Shown: piece after piece, positions 1 through 9,550 of the stretch
How the letters are laid out: the number at the start of each line of letters is the position of its first letter
Numbering within the stretch: position 1 is the stretch's first letter
Source of the DNA: Paramoeba atlantica
Taxonomy: Eukaryota > Protista > Discosea
Assembly: GCA_977017575.1 (NCBI GenBank)
Contig: CDRNVI010000071.1
Location: 62,001-126,000, forward strand
Direction: 5' to 3'
DNA: 64,000 bases
Made by a program: the position numbers and the translations under genes
Notes under the pieces: model-generated
Database searches by the model: none
Told to the model about the DNA's origin: nothing
The model's input: the letters and a program-made list of their open reading frames with translations, nothing else

Positions 1-328
1 TGGAGTTGGCCACTCTCGAAGAGGGCTCGAGAACAGAAGGAGGGCTAGAATTTGCGAAAGATGAAGACGGAGGTAGGTGGGATGAGGATGTAGGGTTGTG
101 TGAAGAATTTATTCGCTTTCGGGAACGTGGCGAGTTGTGGAGGGAATCCCTACGAATCTGCTCCGCCTCTAACACGCGAGGGTCGGGTCTTTCCAGGCGG
201 GCGTAGTATGCAGTTATTTGTGTGATGAGCAACTCACGGGGACCGATGGAGGGGAGACCAAGAGATTTAGCTATGACTTGTAAATCCTCGTGGGAAATGG
301 TTTCCAGATGAAAGAGGATGGAAGGCAT
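1..328 (-). CDS. 5' part of a gene running off the window edge; N-terminal SAP-like helix-extension-helix
   Basis: Manual translation from ATG at 328: MPSILFHLETISHEDLQVIAKSLGLPSIGPRELLITQITAYY..., open to position 1. The LxxIAKSLGLxxxGxRxxLIxxI pattern resembles SAP domains. Same strand as all other host genes. Confidence 0.55.
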   Translation of the reverse strand, partial: MPSILFHLETISHEDLQVIAKSLGLPSIGPRELLITQITAYYARLERPDPRVLEAEQIRRDSLHNSPRSRKRINSSHNPTSSSHLPPSSSFANSSPPSVLEPSSRVANS

Positions 329-565
329 GAAACAAGAAAGTATGTGTGTTCGTGTGTAGAACCGGAAGACAAGAAGCGTGAAATGAGTCAACAAAACGTA
401 GATAATACCTGTTCTTTTAGAAGACGTACAATTCTACTACTTTTCTGAGTGTCACATATTAAAGCAAGTTCGCGACAGACTCAAGTCAAACAGCCGTTTC
501 CTAGAATCCGAAAACACGTTTTGAGAAACACATGCCTAGACACCCCATCTCACCCCATCTCTCCT

Positions 566-3046
566 TTACCTTAACCCACACCCCGTCTCACGCAACCGAA
601 ACGATCGAGACCCCTCCATCCCCGTCACCTCCCCCCCTCCCTCCTCCTTCCCCCCTCCCCACAACCTCCAAAACCGCAACGACTCATCACTTGATACCGC
701 ACACACCGTTGTCCCATCCGGAGACAACCCCAACCCCAACACATCCACCCCCACCATCCCCCCGCCTCCTCGTCCATACTCCCTCCCCCCTCCCCCTCCC
801 CCCACCGGTCGAACCCCCAACCCCGTTATCGCACACAACGACTGTACCCCCCAAAGGTACAATCCTCCACCACTGCACCCACCACCACCACCACCACCAC
901 CCCCTCTCCCTTCCCCTCCACTCCCCCCGGTTCCTCCCCCCCCTGCCCCCCTCCCCCCATAGTGCCCCGTCAGCACCTCCCCCCCATACCCCGTCCCCTT
1001 GCTGTACCCCCTCGGGGCGACCACCACCGCGCTCAGGGGTCGCCCCGTGGACACCGTACGCAGGGGGACGGCAGCCGTGGCCGTAGTCGTCGCGACGTGG
1101 GTGTTCCAGGCCGCGAGCCTGCCGTGGGCGTCCCCGGTGAGCAGACGACTGGGGTGGGAGGGGAGCCAGCAGAGGGCGGTGACGGGGGAGGGGGTGGGAA
1201 GGGCGAGGAGGGCGTGGGGGGGAGTAGTGGTGGTAGTAGAGGTGCAATGCGAGTGAGCGTGGGAAGACAGAGCGGGAGGAGGAGTAGACGTAGTAGTAGT
1301 AGTAGAGGTGCAATGCGAGTGCGCGTGGGAAGACAGAGCGGGAGGAGGAGTAGACGTAGTGGTAGTAGAGGTGCAATGCGAGTGAGCGTGGGAAGACAGA
1401 GCGGGAGGAGGAGTAGGGGTGGTCGTGGTGGTGGTGGTAGCGGTGCGGGAAGAGGGAAGACGACGAAGGTCATAGAGGAGGGCACAGGGGGTGGGGGTTG
1501 TGTGTGGCGTAGGGGTAGGGAAGAGGCCTGTGTGGGGGTGGGGGTTACGGGGGGAGGGTAGGCCGTGGGGATGGGTGCTGTGGGGGGTACGGGAGGTAGA
1601 GGTAGGGGGAGGGAAAAGAGGGGTGGAGGGGGGGAGAGAGGGAGGGTGAGGGGTGGGGGAGAGGGGTGTGGGATGGATTCCGGTGGCAAGGTAGGGAGGG
1701 TCAGGTCCGGGGGAGTAGGCGAGGGAGAGGACAGGTCCACGGTAGGGTGTGGGGAGAGTGTGGATCCAGCGGTGACGGCGGGTGTCGAGGAGGTGGAGGG
1801 CGCCGGTGCTGCTGCCACAGGTGAGGACGTCGCTGTTGAAGGTGAGTTTGGAGAGGAAACAAGGATGAGTCGTGCCGGAGTCCATGTTCCCTGATTCGTG
1901 TGGGGTCCAGCCGGGGGCATGAAACTGTCGCACGACTTTTCCCTCCTCCACATTGACCAAAAATACCTCACCTTGTTTGGTGGAGAGTGCAAGCTGTGGA
2001 TGACCCCTGTACCAAGCGACAGAGTAAATATCATCCGTGTCATTGGGCAGAGAGAAGGCCGCACTTGAGCGCTTCGTGACCGGGTCCCACGTGTAGAGTG
2101 TGGAGCCGAGTGCAATAGCTAGAAGCGAGATCCCTCCCGCCCCGGACGCCCAGGAAAGTATGGAGGCATGGGGATCGGTTAGCACCCCTGGAGCATCCAG
2201 CATTCGGTCAGCGTTGTTTGGAATCTGTGCTATGCGCTCCTTGATGCGAAGAGAGGTTGTCGAAGACGAAGATGGAAAAGCAGAGGGTGTTGTGGGAAAG
2301 GGAGATCCGATAGGAGCATTTCTTTGAGGGGAAAACAGAGTTGAATGTGAAGTAGGATGTGTAGAATAGTGGGATCGAGATGTTTTATGGTCATGCGAGT
2401 TGACAGAAAAATGACTCGAAGTTCTCTTCCGAAGCTCGGGAGTGGTTTCATGAAAGTTTAGTACTTGAGAAACACCTCCATTAAGAAGCGTGCGACGCAG
2501 CATTGCAGCGTATGCATGGTCCCTTTCTCTCTTTTTGGCACTGTTGCTTAAGTGGTGACAACTCTCGTCGTCAGGAAAAGATTGAAGAACGTTTGTGGGC
2601 GAAAGAGGTGAATTTTCGTCATTCATGGTGTCAACGGAAACAGAATTCGGCGCAATGCCACTCCCATTTTCACCTTTTTGAAAAATTCTTGTTTTTTCGC
2701 ATTCTGAGGAGTCCACCTCTACGGTATGAGTTCGTGTGAGTGCCTTGGGAAAAGGAATTGGGCCCTTAACTTTATCAATGCGAAATTGGTTTTTTGATAC
2801 ACGACGATGTGAGTGCGGACGCTTCTGTAGCGTGTCTGATTCTATTCCACCGTTCTGAGAGTGTAGCTTCGTCTCCGCATGTAAGTAAAGGTCTTCCGAA
2901 CGTGAGACGTGAGAATGAAATGTTGGAGTAAAACGACTGAGACGAGTGGAGGGTGGACTTGCTGAATTAGGATCAATTTCGGTAATGTTGTCACGAGATG
3001 AGTGTAAGAATTGCTGGTTGTGAATATAGGAAGAAGGAATGGTCAT
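566..3046 (-). CDS. CDC20: CDC20/Fizzy-family WD40 APC/C activator with long low-complexity insertions
   Basis: RIAQIPNNADRMLDAPGV...SILSW matches the Cdc20 'RxIPxxPERILDAPG' entry. WD40 blades end in VSSDESLRFW, the C-terminus is LR (IR-tail) and there is a C-box-like SRFTP. Confidence 0.85.
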   Translation of the reverse strand: MTIPSSYIHNQQFLHSSRDNITEIDPNSASPPSTRLSRFTPTFHSHVSRSEDLYLHAETKLHSQNGGIESDTLQKRPHSHRRVSKNQFRIDKVKGPIPFPKALTRTHTVEVDSSECEKTRIFQKGENGSGIAPNSVSVDTMNDENSPLSPTNVLQSFPDDESCHHLSNSAKKRERDHAYAAMLRRTLLNGGVSQVLNFHETTPELRKRTSSHFSVNSHDHKTSRSHYSTHPTSHSTLFSPQRNAPIGSPFPTTPSAFPSSSSTTSLRIKERIAQIPNNADRMLDAPGVLTDPHASILSWASGAGGISLLAIALGSTLYTWDPVTKRSSAAFSLPNDTDDIYSVAWYRGHPQLALSTKQGEVFLVNVEEGKVVRQFHAPGWTPHESGNMDSGTTHPCFLSKLTFNSDVLTCGSSTGALHLLDTRRHRWIHTLPTPYRGPVLSLAYSPGPDPPYLATGIHPTPLSPTPHPPSLPPSTPLFPPPTSTSRTPHSTHPHGLPSPRNPHPHTGLFPTPTPHTTPTPCALLYDLRRLPSSRTATTTTTTTPTPPPALSSHAHSHCTSTTTTSTPPPALSSHAHSHCTSTTTTTSTPPPALSSHAHSHCTSTTTTTPPHALLALPTPSPVTALCWLPSHPSRLLTGDAHGRLAAWNTHVATTTATAAVPLRTVSTGRPLSAVVVAPRGYSKGTGYGGEVLTGHYGGRGAGGGGTGGSGGEGRGGGGGGGGGCSGGGLYLWGVQSLCAITGLGVRPVGGGGGGREYGRGGGGMVGVDVLGLGLSPDGTTVCAVSSDESLRFWRLWGGGKEEGGGEVTGMEGSRSFRLRETGCGLR
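1242..1425 (-). repeat. Coding minisatellite, about 3 copies of a 63-66 bp unit inside CDC20
   Basis: gtgcaatgcgagtgagcgtgggaagacagagcgggaggaggagtag recurs at about 1242, 1308 and 1371; encodes TTT(S)TPPPALSSHAHSHCTS. Confidence 0.9.
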
Positions 3047-3335
3047 TGAGATTCTTCATAAAAACAAGTCTGAAGTTTGACTAAAAGAACATTAAGAACT
3101 TGAAACAGATTCGAATAATAAAAAGCAAGAACTTTTATTACCAAAACAAGAAAACAAAATTTTTATTCACGTTTTAAACACTTAAAGGTACACAAGATTT
3201 AATCGCGACTTATGTGCGGTCACGTGTATGTGAAGTCACTTGTATTTCACGAATTGTGTCAGCTGTTTCCTCACTGTAGATCCTGTGGTACAGTAACCTG
3301 TACCGGAGCACCCTTCCTCAAAAATTCTCTTCCCC

Positions 3336-4805
3336 CTACCCTTCCTGCCCAAACTTTTGGGTAAACTCCAAATGGCGGTGCACATCCGCCTCACACACAC
3401 TGGGACGTGCAGTGCGAAGCGACTGCACGAAATCCCCCCAACTCACTTTCGGGGGCACCACCTTCGTCGGGTCCGGAACCTCCGACAGGCGCATCGGAAC
3501 CCCCATCGCCTCCTCCCCCACACGACAGGGCGTGAGTAAATCCTCACACTGTAGTGTCGGAACCCGAGGATGAGGCCCAGACACCTTTTTAAAATGTGTT
3601 GCCTTCTGGGCATGGCGAATGGATTCCATCATAGCATTCCGTACCAACACGTTGATGTCGGAACCGCTGTAGAAACTGAGCCGAGTGGAGAGGTCGGTGA
3701 GTTCGGTCTCGTGTAAGGAGTGAGGGGTGGTGCCGAGATGGGTGCGTATCATTTGAGCCCGAGAGCTCGCATCCGGAAGGGGAATATACACCCGACGCTC
3801 GAACCGACGTCGCACGGCGTTGTCCAGAGCCCAGGGAAGGTTAGTGGCGGCAAGAACGAGAACATGAGGATGGCTGGTTTTCTCTTCATTTTCTTCGCCT
3901 TCTTGGTGGTTTGTTTCCCCCACACCCTGCATTTGGACCAGAAATTCTGTCTTCATACGACGTGTGGCTTCACTCTCCCCCTCCCCTCGTGCTCCACACA
4001 AGGAGTCAATCTCGTCAATAAAAATAACCGAGAGTTTACCGTCATTCTCTCGGCTCGCCTCTCGTGCCATCTCAAACAGCTGCCGGACGAGTTTTTCACT
4101 CTCCCCAAGCCATTTCGAGGTGAGATCCGCACTGCTGATGGAAAAGAATGCCCCGCTGCATTCCTTCGCGACGGCTTGCGCGAGATAACTTTTGCCCGTT
4201 CCCGGGGGGCCGTAGAGGAGAATCGCACGCCAAGGCTTTCGTGCGCCGGTAAAAAATTGAGGAAACCGAAGGGGGAGCACCACAGCCTCACGAAGCGCCT
4301 CCTTGGCGCCCTCTAATCCCACAATGTCGTCCCAGGAGACGGTGGGACGGGAACGGAGAATGGAACTCTCCAAGGAGGAAGCGAGTTTTCCTTTTTCCCG
4401 GTCTTCCGCGTTATTCGGATCAGCTCGGGAAGGTTTACTGGGGTTATGGTGAGGCCGAGGTGAGGGTTTTGATGGTACGCTATTCAAATGGTTTCGTACC
4501 GCTTGTGGTCGTGTGGGTGTGGTTGATATTATTTTAGGTGGCAAGGAAGAAGAGGGAGGGGACGATGGTACAGGTGGGTGCAGGTGGTTTTTAATTTTTT
4601 CTGCTCGCTGTAGAATTTCGTGAAGCTTATCTTGCAGGATCTCAGCTTTTGGGGTGTGGTTGGGTTGAAACTGTAGAGCGGTCATAAAAATTTCCGCGCA
4701 CTCAATGTAGGTTTTGTACGCCGCTTCGTATTGTGCGTTGTTATCAAATGCCGCTGCACGACGAAATGCTTCTACACCCCGGGAAGTGAAATCGATGTTG
4801 CTCAT
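3336..4805 (-). CDS. VPS4: Vacuolar protein sorting 4 AAA ATPase (MIT + AAA + Vps4_C)
   Basis: N-terminal MIT helices, VSWDDIVGLEGAKEALREAVVLP, Walker A GPPGTGKS, Walker B IFIDEID, RRRFERRVYIPLP, C-terminal EFTQKFGQEG. Confidence 0.95.
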   Translation of the reverse strand: MSNIDFTSRGVEAFRRAAAFDNNAQYEAAYKTYIECAEIFMTALQFQPNHTPKAEILQDKLHEILQRAEKIKNHLHPPVPSSPPSSSLPPKIISTTPTRPQAVRNHLNSVPSKPSPRPHHNPSKPSRADPNNAEDREKGKLASSLESSILRSRPTVSWDDIVGLEGAKEALREAVVLPLRFPQFFTGARKPWRAILLYGPPGTGKSYLAQAVAKECSGAFFSISSADLTSKWLGESEKLVRQLFEMAREASRENDGKLSVIFIDEIDSLCGARGEGESEATRRMKTEFLVQMQGVGETNHQEGEENEEKTSHPHVLVLAATNLPWALDNAVRRRFERRVYIPLPDASSRAQMIRTHLGTTPHSLHETELTDLSTRLSFYSGSDINVLVRNAMMESIRHAQKATHFKKVSGPHPRVPTLQCEDLLTPCRVGEEAMGVPMRLSEVPDPTKVVPPKVSWGDFVQSLRTARPSVCEADVHRHLEFTQKFGQEG

Positions 4806-4999
4806 AGCTGAGGGTTGGAAAGGAGTGGAAATAGGACTGTTTAAAAAATGAAGAGTGAACCAAAAACAAAAATATAGAAAATGGTTTTCAAGATAGTTTT
4901 TACTGCTTGTAAGTAGAGGTACAGGTTAGTACGCTTGCTGTGTTGACTAGAATGATCTAAAAATCCAATTTACCAACGTGATTAGATTGTAGCGAGCCT

Positions 5000-5756
5000 C
5001 TACTTAATCTTTTGAGGAATGTATTTTACGAAATCTGGAAGGGGTCCGTCGGGTTGATATCCCACGAAAAAATTATACCTCAAATCATAGTCCTGAGCGG
5101 AATCGCGACCAAACAAGACGGTAATGTCCACTGATCCACTTAACTCGTTCTGGTTCAACGTAAGTTCGTATAACCGAAAGGGAAGTTGATACAACCCAAT
5201 TTTACCCAAGAATCGATTGTCGTGTAATCGCAAATGTTGGAGAGAGCTAGGGAGGCTGTTGAGCTCAAGTAAACCTGTTGACCTCAAGTAAAGAGAGATC
5301 GTTACTCCCAATGTTAAGCAATTCCAGATTCGACGGTAGGTGCGTAAGATCAACAGAACCTGTGTGTGCATTACGAAAAGCGCGCAGATTTACTAAGTTG
5401 CCGGGCATTTGATCTAAATTCAGAGGTCCCGATAACGCACCGTGACCAAAAATCTCGGCACGGAGAACGTGAAGAGGAAGATGGGACCAGGATAGAGTGC
5501 CGGCAAGGTCCATATCGTTTTCAAGATTCCTACCCCAGTGGAGCGCCATTACATGTTGAGATCCGTCACAGCGAACGCCGTGCCAAGAGCACACATGGAA
5601 GCTTCCCCATTTTTTTCGTAAATTCCAGGAAGGGTGCATTTTTGTCAAACCCTGAATAAAAGATCGCATAAGATCTTCTTGAGGGAGAAGAGAGCGGTCG
5701 ACTTTATGCGATTTTCTATAATCAGAAGTGAAAAAAAGGAACATTGGGAGTAGCAA
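5000..5756 (-). pseudogene. LRR-family gene frameshifted by a 16-bp duplication
   Basis: ORFs 5265-5756 and 5000-5371 are the N- and C-halves of one LRR protein. tgttgacctcaagtaa (5276-5291) is a near copy of tgttgagctcaagtaa (5257-5272); removing it restores GSNDLS-GLLELNSLP. Confidence 0.8.
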
Positions 5757-6517
5757 TAGTAAGGTGACAAAGGTAGCCGCAAACTACGGAATGAGGAATT
5801 ATTAGCCTTGTATTCTATTCCGGCTGTTGTTGTTGTAAATAAGCACCGTTCAAAAACAAGGGTACTAGGACGTTGAATTAACAATGATTTTTCAATAAGC
5901 GAATAAAAAATTCAAAATCGTAAAACAAGTGAGGGGCTGCGAGTGAAACCTTGATAAAACCCTGAATGAAGCCTCGCCACCCTTAACTTGTCTACGATGT
6001 CCCATACGTTTTTAACTACCCCCCCCCCCCCCATGAAAATATCTTACATCGTAAAATTTAAATGATGTCGCATAACATAACCTATTGAATACCAATTTAA
6101 AATTTAGAACTACAAGACGCTGTGGCGCAATTTTATGATCAAAGCGATGATGAAACTCACATGGAAGAAAACCGTTCTGAATTAGAAATGGTTCAACGAA
6201 TCTAAGTCATTCCGGATTGCTCCGATCGGTCACTGGCAAGCCAGGCCCTTCACAGATAGATTTGGAAGTTTCGAGGCCGAAGTTCTCTACCTGTTTTCGT
6301 TAGTACAAGGCGGCAACAACGTGCTACTACCAACCCATTGCGTCGACGAACCCAAGACAATCCTCAAAAGTTATCATTCCTGCATCTAAGTAGCATTCCT
6401 GTAGCCGTTAACATTCCCCCTCGGAACGTTAAACCGGACTGTGGTTTAAAATCCCGGTATGACGGCGTCGTCTTCACCAAGAAAGTTGCACCAAGAACCT
6501 TTGTGCATCGATCTTTG

Positions 6518-6705
6518 TGCGCCATCTATGTCCCCCCTTTGAAGACCATTGGGCGTGGTTCTGCCTCGCCTTACCCAGATGCAACAGTCGGTTGCAGTGC
6601 ATCCCTCCGGCTGTGTAAAGAGGTGGTAAGTCGTCTGGGGAAAATTCTGACACCCCCTTACTTCACCACACGTCTATTGACTAAATGTGGTGAAGTAAGG
6701 GGGGA
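6518..6705 (+). repeat. Diverged relative of the internal SINE at 12433-13011, plus an 18-bp perfect hairpin
   Basis: 6518-6640 aligns by eye with the reverse complement of about 12635-12765 (e.g. GTCGGTTGCAGTGC..CCCTCC.GCTG.GTAAAGAGGTGGT.AGT). Arms 6653-6670 and 6686-6703 are perfectly complementary. Confidence 0.7.
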
Positions 6706-7032
6706 GGCGAAGTAAGGGGGGGTAACGGTAACAATGTTTGCGACAGAAACTGCCTGATTCCGTCAGTTCGCTCCAGAAACTGCCAGCGACCTACAAGTTG
6801 TAGGTCGTTGTAGCAAAGATCTACAGGTACTGTCTATAGGCTCTCAAATGAAAAAAACAGGTAATGATTGGGTCGAAAAACGGTGGGATACATACTGTCT
6901 CCAAAATCGGACAAGACGTCCTGCACTACACTTTAATATGAAGCTACTAACACGTAAGAAACTATAACACACACGAAGGACGACTCACACGTAACAATGA
7001 GGGAATACCCTCTGTCATTACGTTATCCATAT

Positions 7033-7812
7033 TTAGTACCATCTTCCAGATGCTCCATCAGGCAACGTACCGTCCGGGGCATACGGTATTTCACCCGTCG
7101 TCACCCCACCCAGTACCGCAATCTTTAAACGCTTCACCTGCTCATCCGAGCCCAGAAAATACTCAAACCCATTTCCCCTTAACCGAAGTATTTTCAACGA
7201 GGAGGGAAGCGCCCGCGCATCCACAGTCCCGGTAAGCAAATTATCCTCCAACTGCAACGACGTCAAATTCGGAGGAAGACGCGACAGGTCAATCTCCCCC
7301 GTAAACCGATTCTGATGACCGTGCAGCCGTGTCAGGGACCACGGGAGTTGGGTTAACTCCACCCCCCCACTAAACCCATTCCGGCTGATATCCAACTTTC
7401 GCAAACACCGCGGAAGTGTGGTGAGATCAAAGGGCCCGGAAAACCGATTGGCGTTTAACATTAACGTGGAGAGCGAGCTGGGGAGGGAGGCGGAGGGGAC
7501 GCCCCCCTCCAGCACCTTCTGTCGTCCCCCGTTGAGGAAGACGACGGTGAGCGTGGGGGGGAGGGCGGCCCAGTCCAGGGTCCCGACGAGATCGACTTTG
7601 AGCCAGTCCAGTTCCCGGAGGTTGCCGTCGGTGTCGCATTTCACGGAGATCCACTCACAGGCGGGGGTCTCGGAGGTCCAGGTCGCACAGCGCCCGGTGG
7701 TGTTGCGAAGGAAACGCTCGAGGTAGTACTCCGGGGGGAGCTTGGCCCCGTGGCCGATTTTGGCCCCGCGAGAGGAAGAAGACGAGGGGTCTCGAGAGAA
7801 GAAGAGACGCAT
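7033..7812 (-). CDS. Leucine-rich repeat protein (family with N-terminal GHGAKLPPEY motif)
   Basis: LRRNT-like WTSETPACEWISVKC followed by LPxxLxxLxLxxNxFxG repeats. Confidence 0.85.
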   Translation of the reverse strand: MRLFFSRDPSSSSSRGAKIGHGAKLPPEYYLERFLRNTTGRCATWTSETPACEWISVKCDTDGNLRELDWLKVDLVGTLDWAALPPTLTVVFLNGGRQKVLEGGVPSASLPSSLSTLMLNANRFSGPFDLTTLPRCLRKLDISRNGFSGGVELTQLPWSLTRLHGHQNRFTGEIDLSRLPPNLTSLQLEDNLLTGTVDARALPSSLKILRLRGNGFEYFLGSDEQVKRLKIAVLGGVTTGEIPYAPDGTLPDGASGRWY

Positions 7813-7989
7813 GAGGGGGAGGGGAGAAAAAAGAGGGAAGGAGAAAGGAAGGGAGGAGGAGAAGGGTTTTGTGTTGAAGAAAGTAAAAGACAGGGAGGGG
7901 GTAAAATGGATTGGGAGGTCTAAAACTCGTAAAAGTTGTCCAATTTTTGAAAGGAATAGAGCATTTTACTACGAGCGAAGGAATGGTTC

Positions 7990-8101
7990 GAGGTTGTACT
8001 CGGGGGGTAGGGATATTGACCCCGTGGCCGATTTTGGAGCCGCGGGAGGAGGTGGAGTGTCGAGAGAACACGTTGTATTCTCTCTTGTATAGGAGGTGCA
8101 T
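7990..8101 (-). pseudogene. Truncated diverged duplicate of the 5' end of the adjacent LRR gene
   Basis: SRHSTSSRGSKIGHG vs SRDPSSSSSRGAKIGHG; DNA similarity to 7720-7812, then frameshift and loss of similarity. Confidence 0.65.
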
Positions 8102-8380
8102 GGAGAATGAGGGGGGGGGGAGGTATAGGAGGAAAAGGGTTGGGATAAAAAAAGTGAAAATGTTGAGTTAAAGAAAGTTGAACTTTGTGAGGATAGAGAA
8201 AGTGCTGGGTTGAAGAAACCGAAAGTTTTGTTTTCAAGAAAGAAACTAAGATTGTGCTCAAGAAGCCGAAATTAGGGGAAGAAGATTGGGTGGAAAAAGG
8301 TGGAAGGCATTTCTTTTGTTTTAGGAAAAATGTTGTAAGGAAGAGTATAGGGAAATTGCGGTGGTTGTATAACTACCGCT

Positions 8381-9087
8381 CTACCCTCGATTATTGAAAA
8401 ACAAGTGAACAAAAACAGTAAAAATATAAGAGAAACACAGTAATAAAAAAAATACAATAGAAAAAAAAATATAATAGAAAAAAATATAAAAGGGGGCTCC
8501 GGTGGTCCAAAACAGAAAAAAAAATTGAAAAAAATGGAGGGTCCATGGGGGGGGGTCCATGGGGGGTCCATGGGGGGGGGCATACGTCGCGAATTTTTTT
8601 TTCGAAATTTTTGCTTTTCAAAATCGAGCGCAGGGAATTGGTAGAGTAGGCCGCGGCGATAATTTTCCACCCCCCCTGGTACGCGCCGGAGAGGTCCGAC
8701 AAGGTCAAAAATTCCGAATTTTTTGGGGTGACGATTTTTTTTTTCGACCCAGAAAAAAGTAAAAATGTTATTTTTCTAAAATGGACTCCTAAAACGTATC
8801 TTAAGAGTTTTGCACCTCGGCTACCACTGTACGACGTTTTGTTCCACAGATTCGCCTCCTACACCTACTGGTAAGGCATCAAAAACGGCACAAATTCGGG
8901 TTAAAATTTCGCAATTCTTGGCGAAAAATCGCGTTTTTTCACCCAAAAAAATAGATTATTCATGATCTTTTGGCGACTTTTCTTTTTTAGGCTCTTCTTT
9001 AAACGCGGTGATAGTTTTCAACGTGAAGCGCGCAGCATGAGTGACTTCTAAGTTGAAAACAACCACCGCGTTTAACGAAGAGCCTAA
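8381..9087. repeat. Dispersed repeat, with an inverted shorter copy at about 19820-20180; includes a 35-bp-arm imperfect hairpin (8988-9086) and (ggggtccatgg)x3
   Basis: 8381-8424 is the reverse complement of about 20136-20176; 9039-9087 is the reverse complement of about 19820-19868. Confidence 0.65.
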
Positions 9088-9165
9088 TATTATTTCCCGA
9101 TCCTCTTTCAACATCTCTATTTCAAATAGAGAAAATGTGTCAAAAGCATGGAGAAAATGTGTCAA

Positions 9166-9320
9166 AAAGTATAATTTATGACCTAGGGTTATAAATGACA
9201 TTTTATGTACAATGCTTGAGGATGAATAACGAGTATACACAGGCCCTAGCCTGTTTAATATGGGCTGGAAGGGCAATGGTAGTCAATGTGGCTGGATCCG
9301 AGGATCTAGACTACAAAAAA
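9166..9320. repeat. Inverted terminal repeat (3' end of element), 155 bp
   Basis: Base-by-base reverse complement of 14952-15106, no mismatches found. Confidence 0.95.
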
Positions 9321-9550
9321 TCATTGACCCTTCTCCGGCTTAACGGAGACGCAGTGCCTGAATTAGGATGCCTTTCCTTTGAGTACCTGCCTCAAAGTGG
9401 ATATCCGAACCGGCTAACTGCGCCGCGTGCATGAAGCTTCCGACCTTTCGTTATTGAGTGCGTCTGACTCCTAATAGGCACTCAGTAAATGCAACATGCA
9501 CGTAAGTGCATGTTGTGCATACCAACGGGCGAATTGGACATGCTCGCAAA

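Noticed and set aside
532-1894. Long plus-strand and alternate-frame ORFs over CDC20 (similarly at 27204, 32072, 37487, 59191)
   Set aside because: Shadow ORFs caused by GC-rich, stop-poor low-complexity coding sequence; no motifs, and antisense to the polycistron.
6743-6783. cagaaactg x2 as further SL relics
   Set aside because: Only 9-10 nt match to the SL-like sequence; compatible with chance.
9321-9550. Hammerhead ribozyme or DIRS internal complementary region
   Set aside because: No CUGANGA/GAAA core in the right topology on either strand and no copy of the terminal sequences found by eye; kept only as an unassigned structured region.
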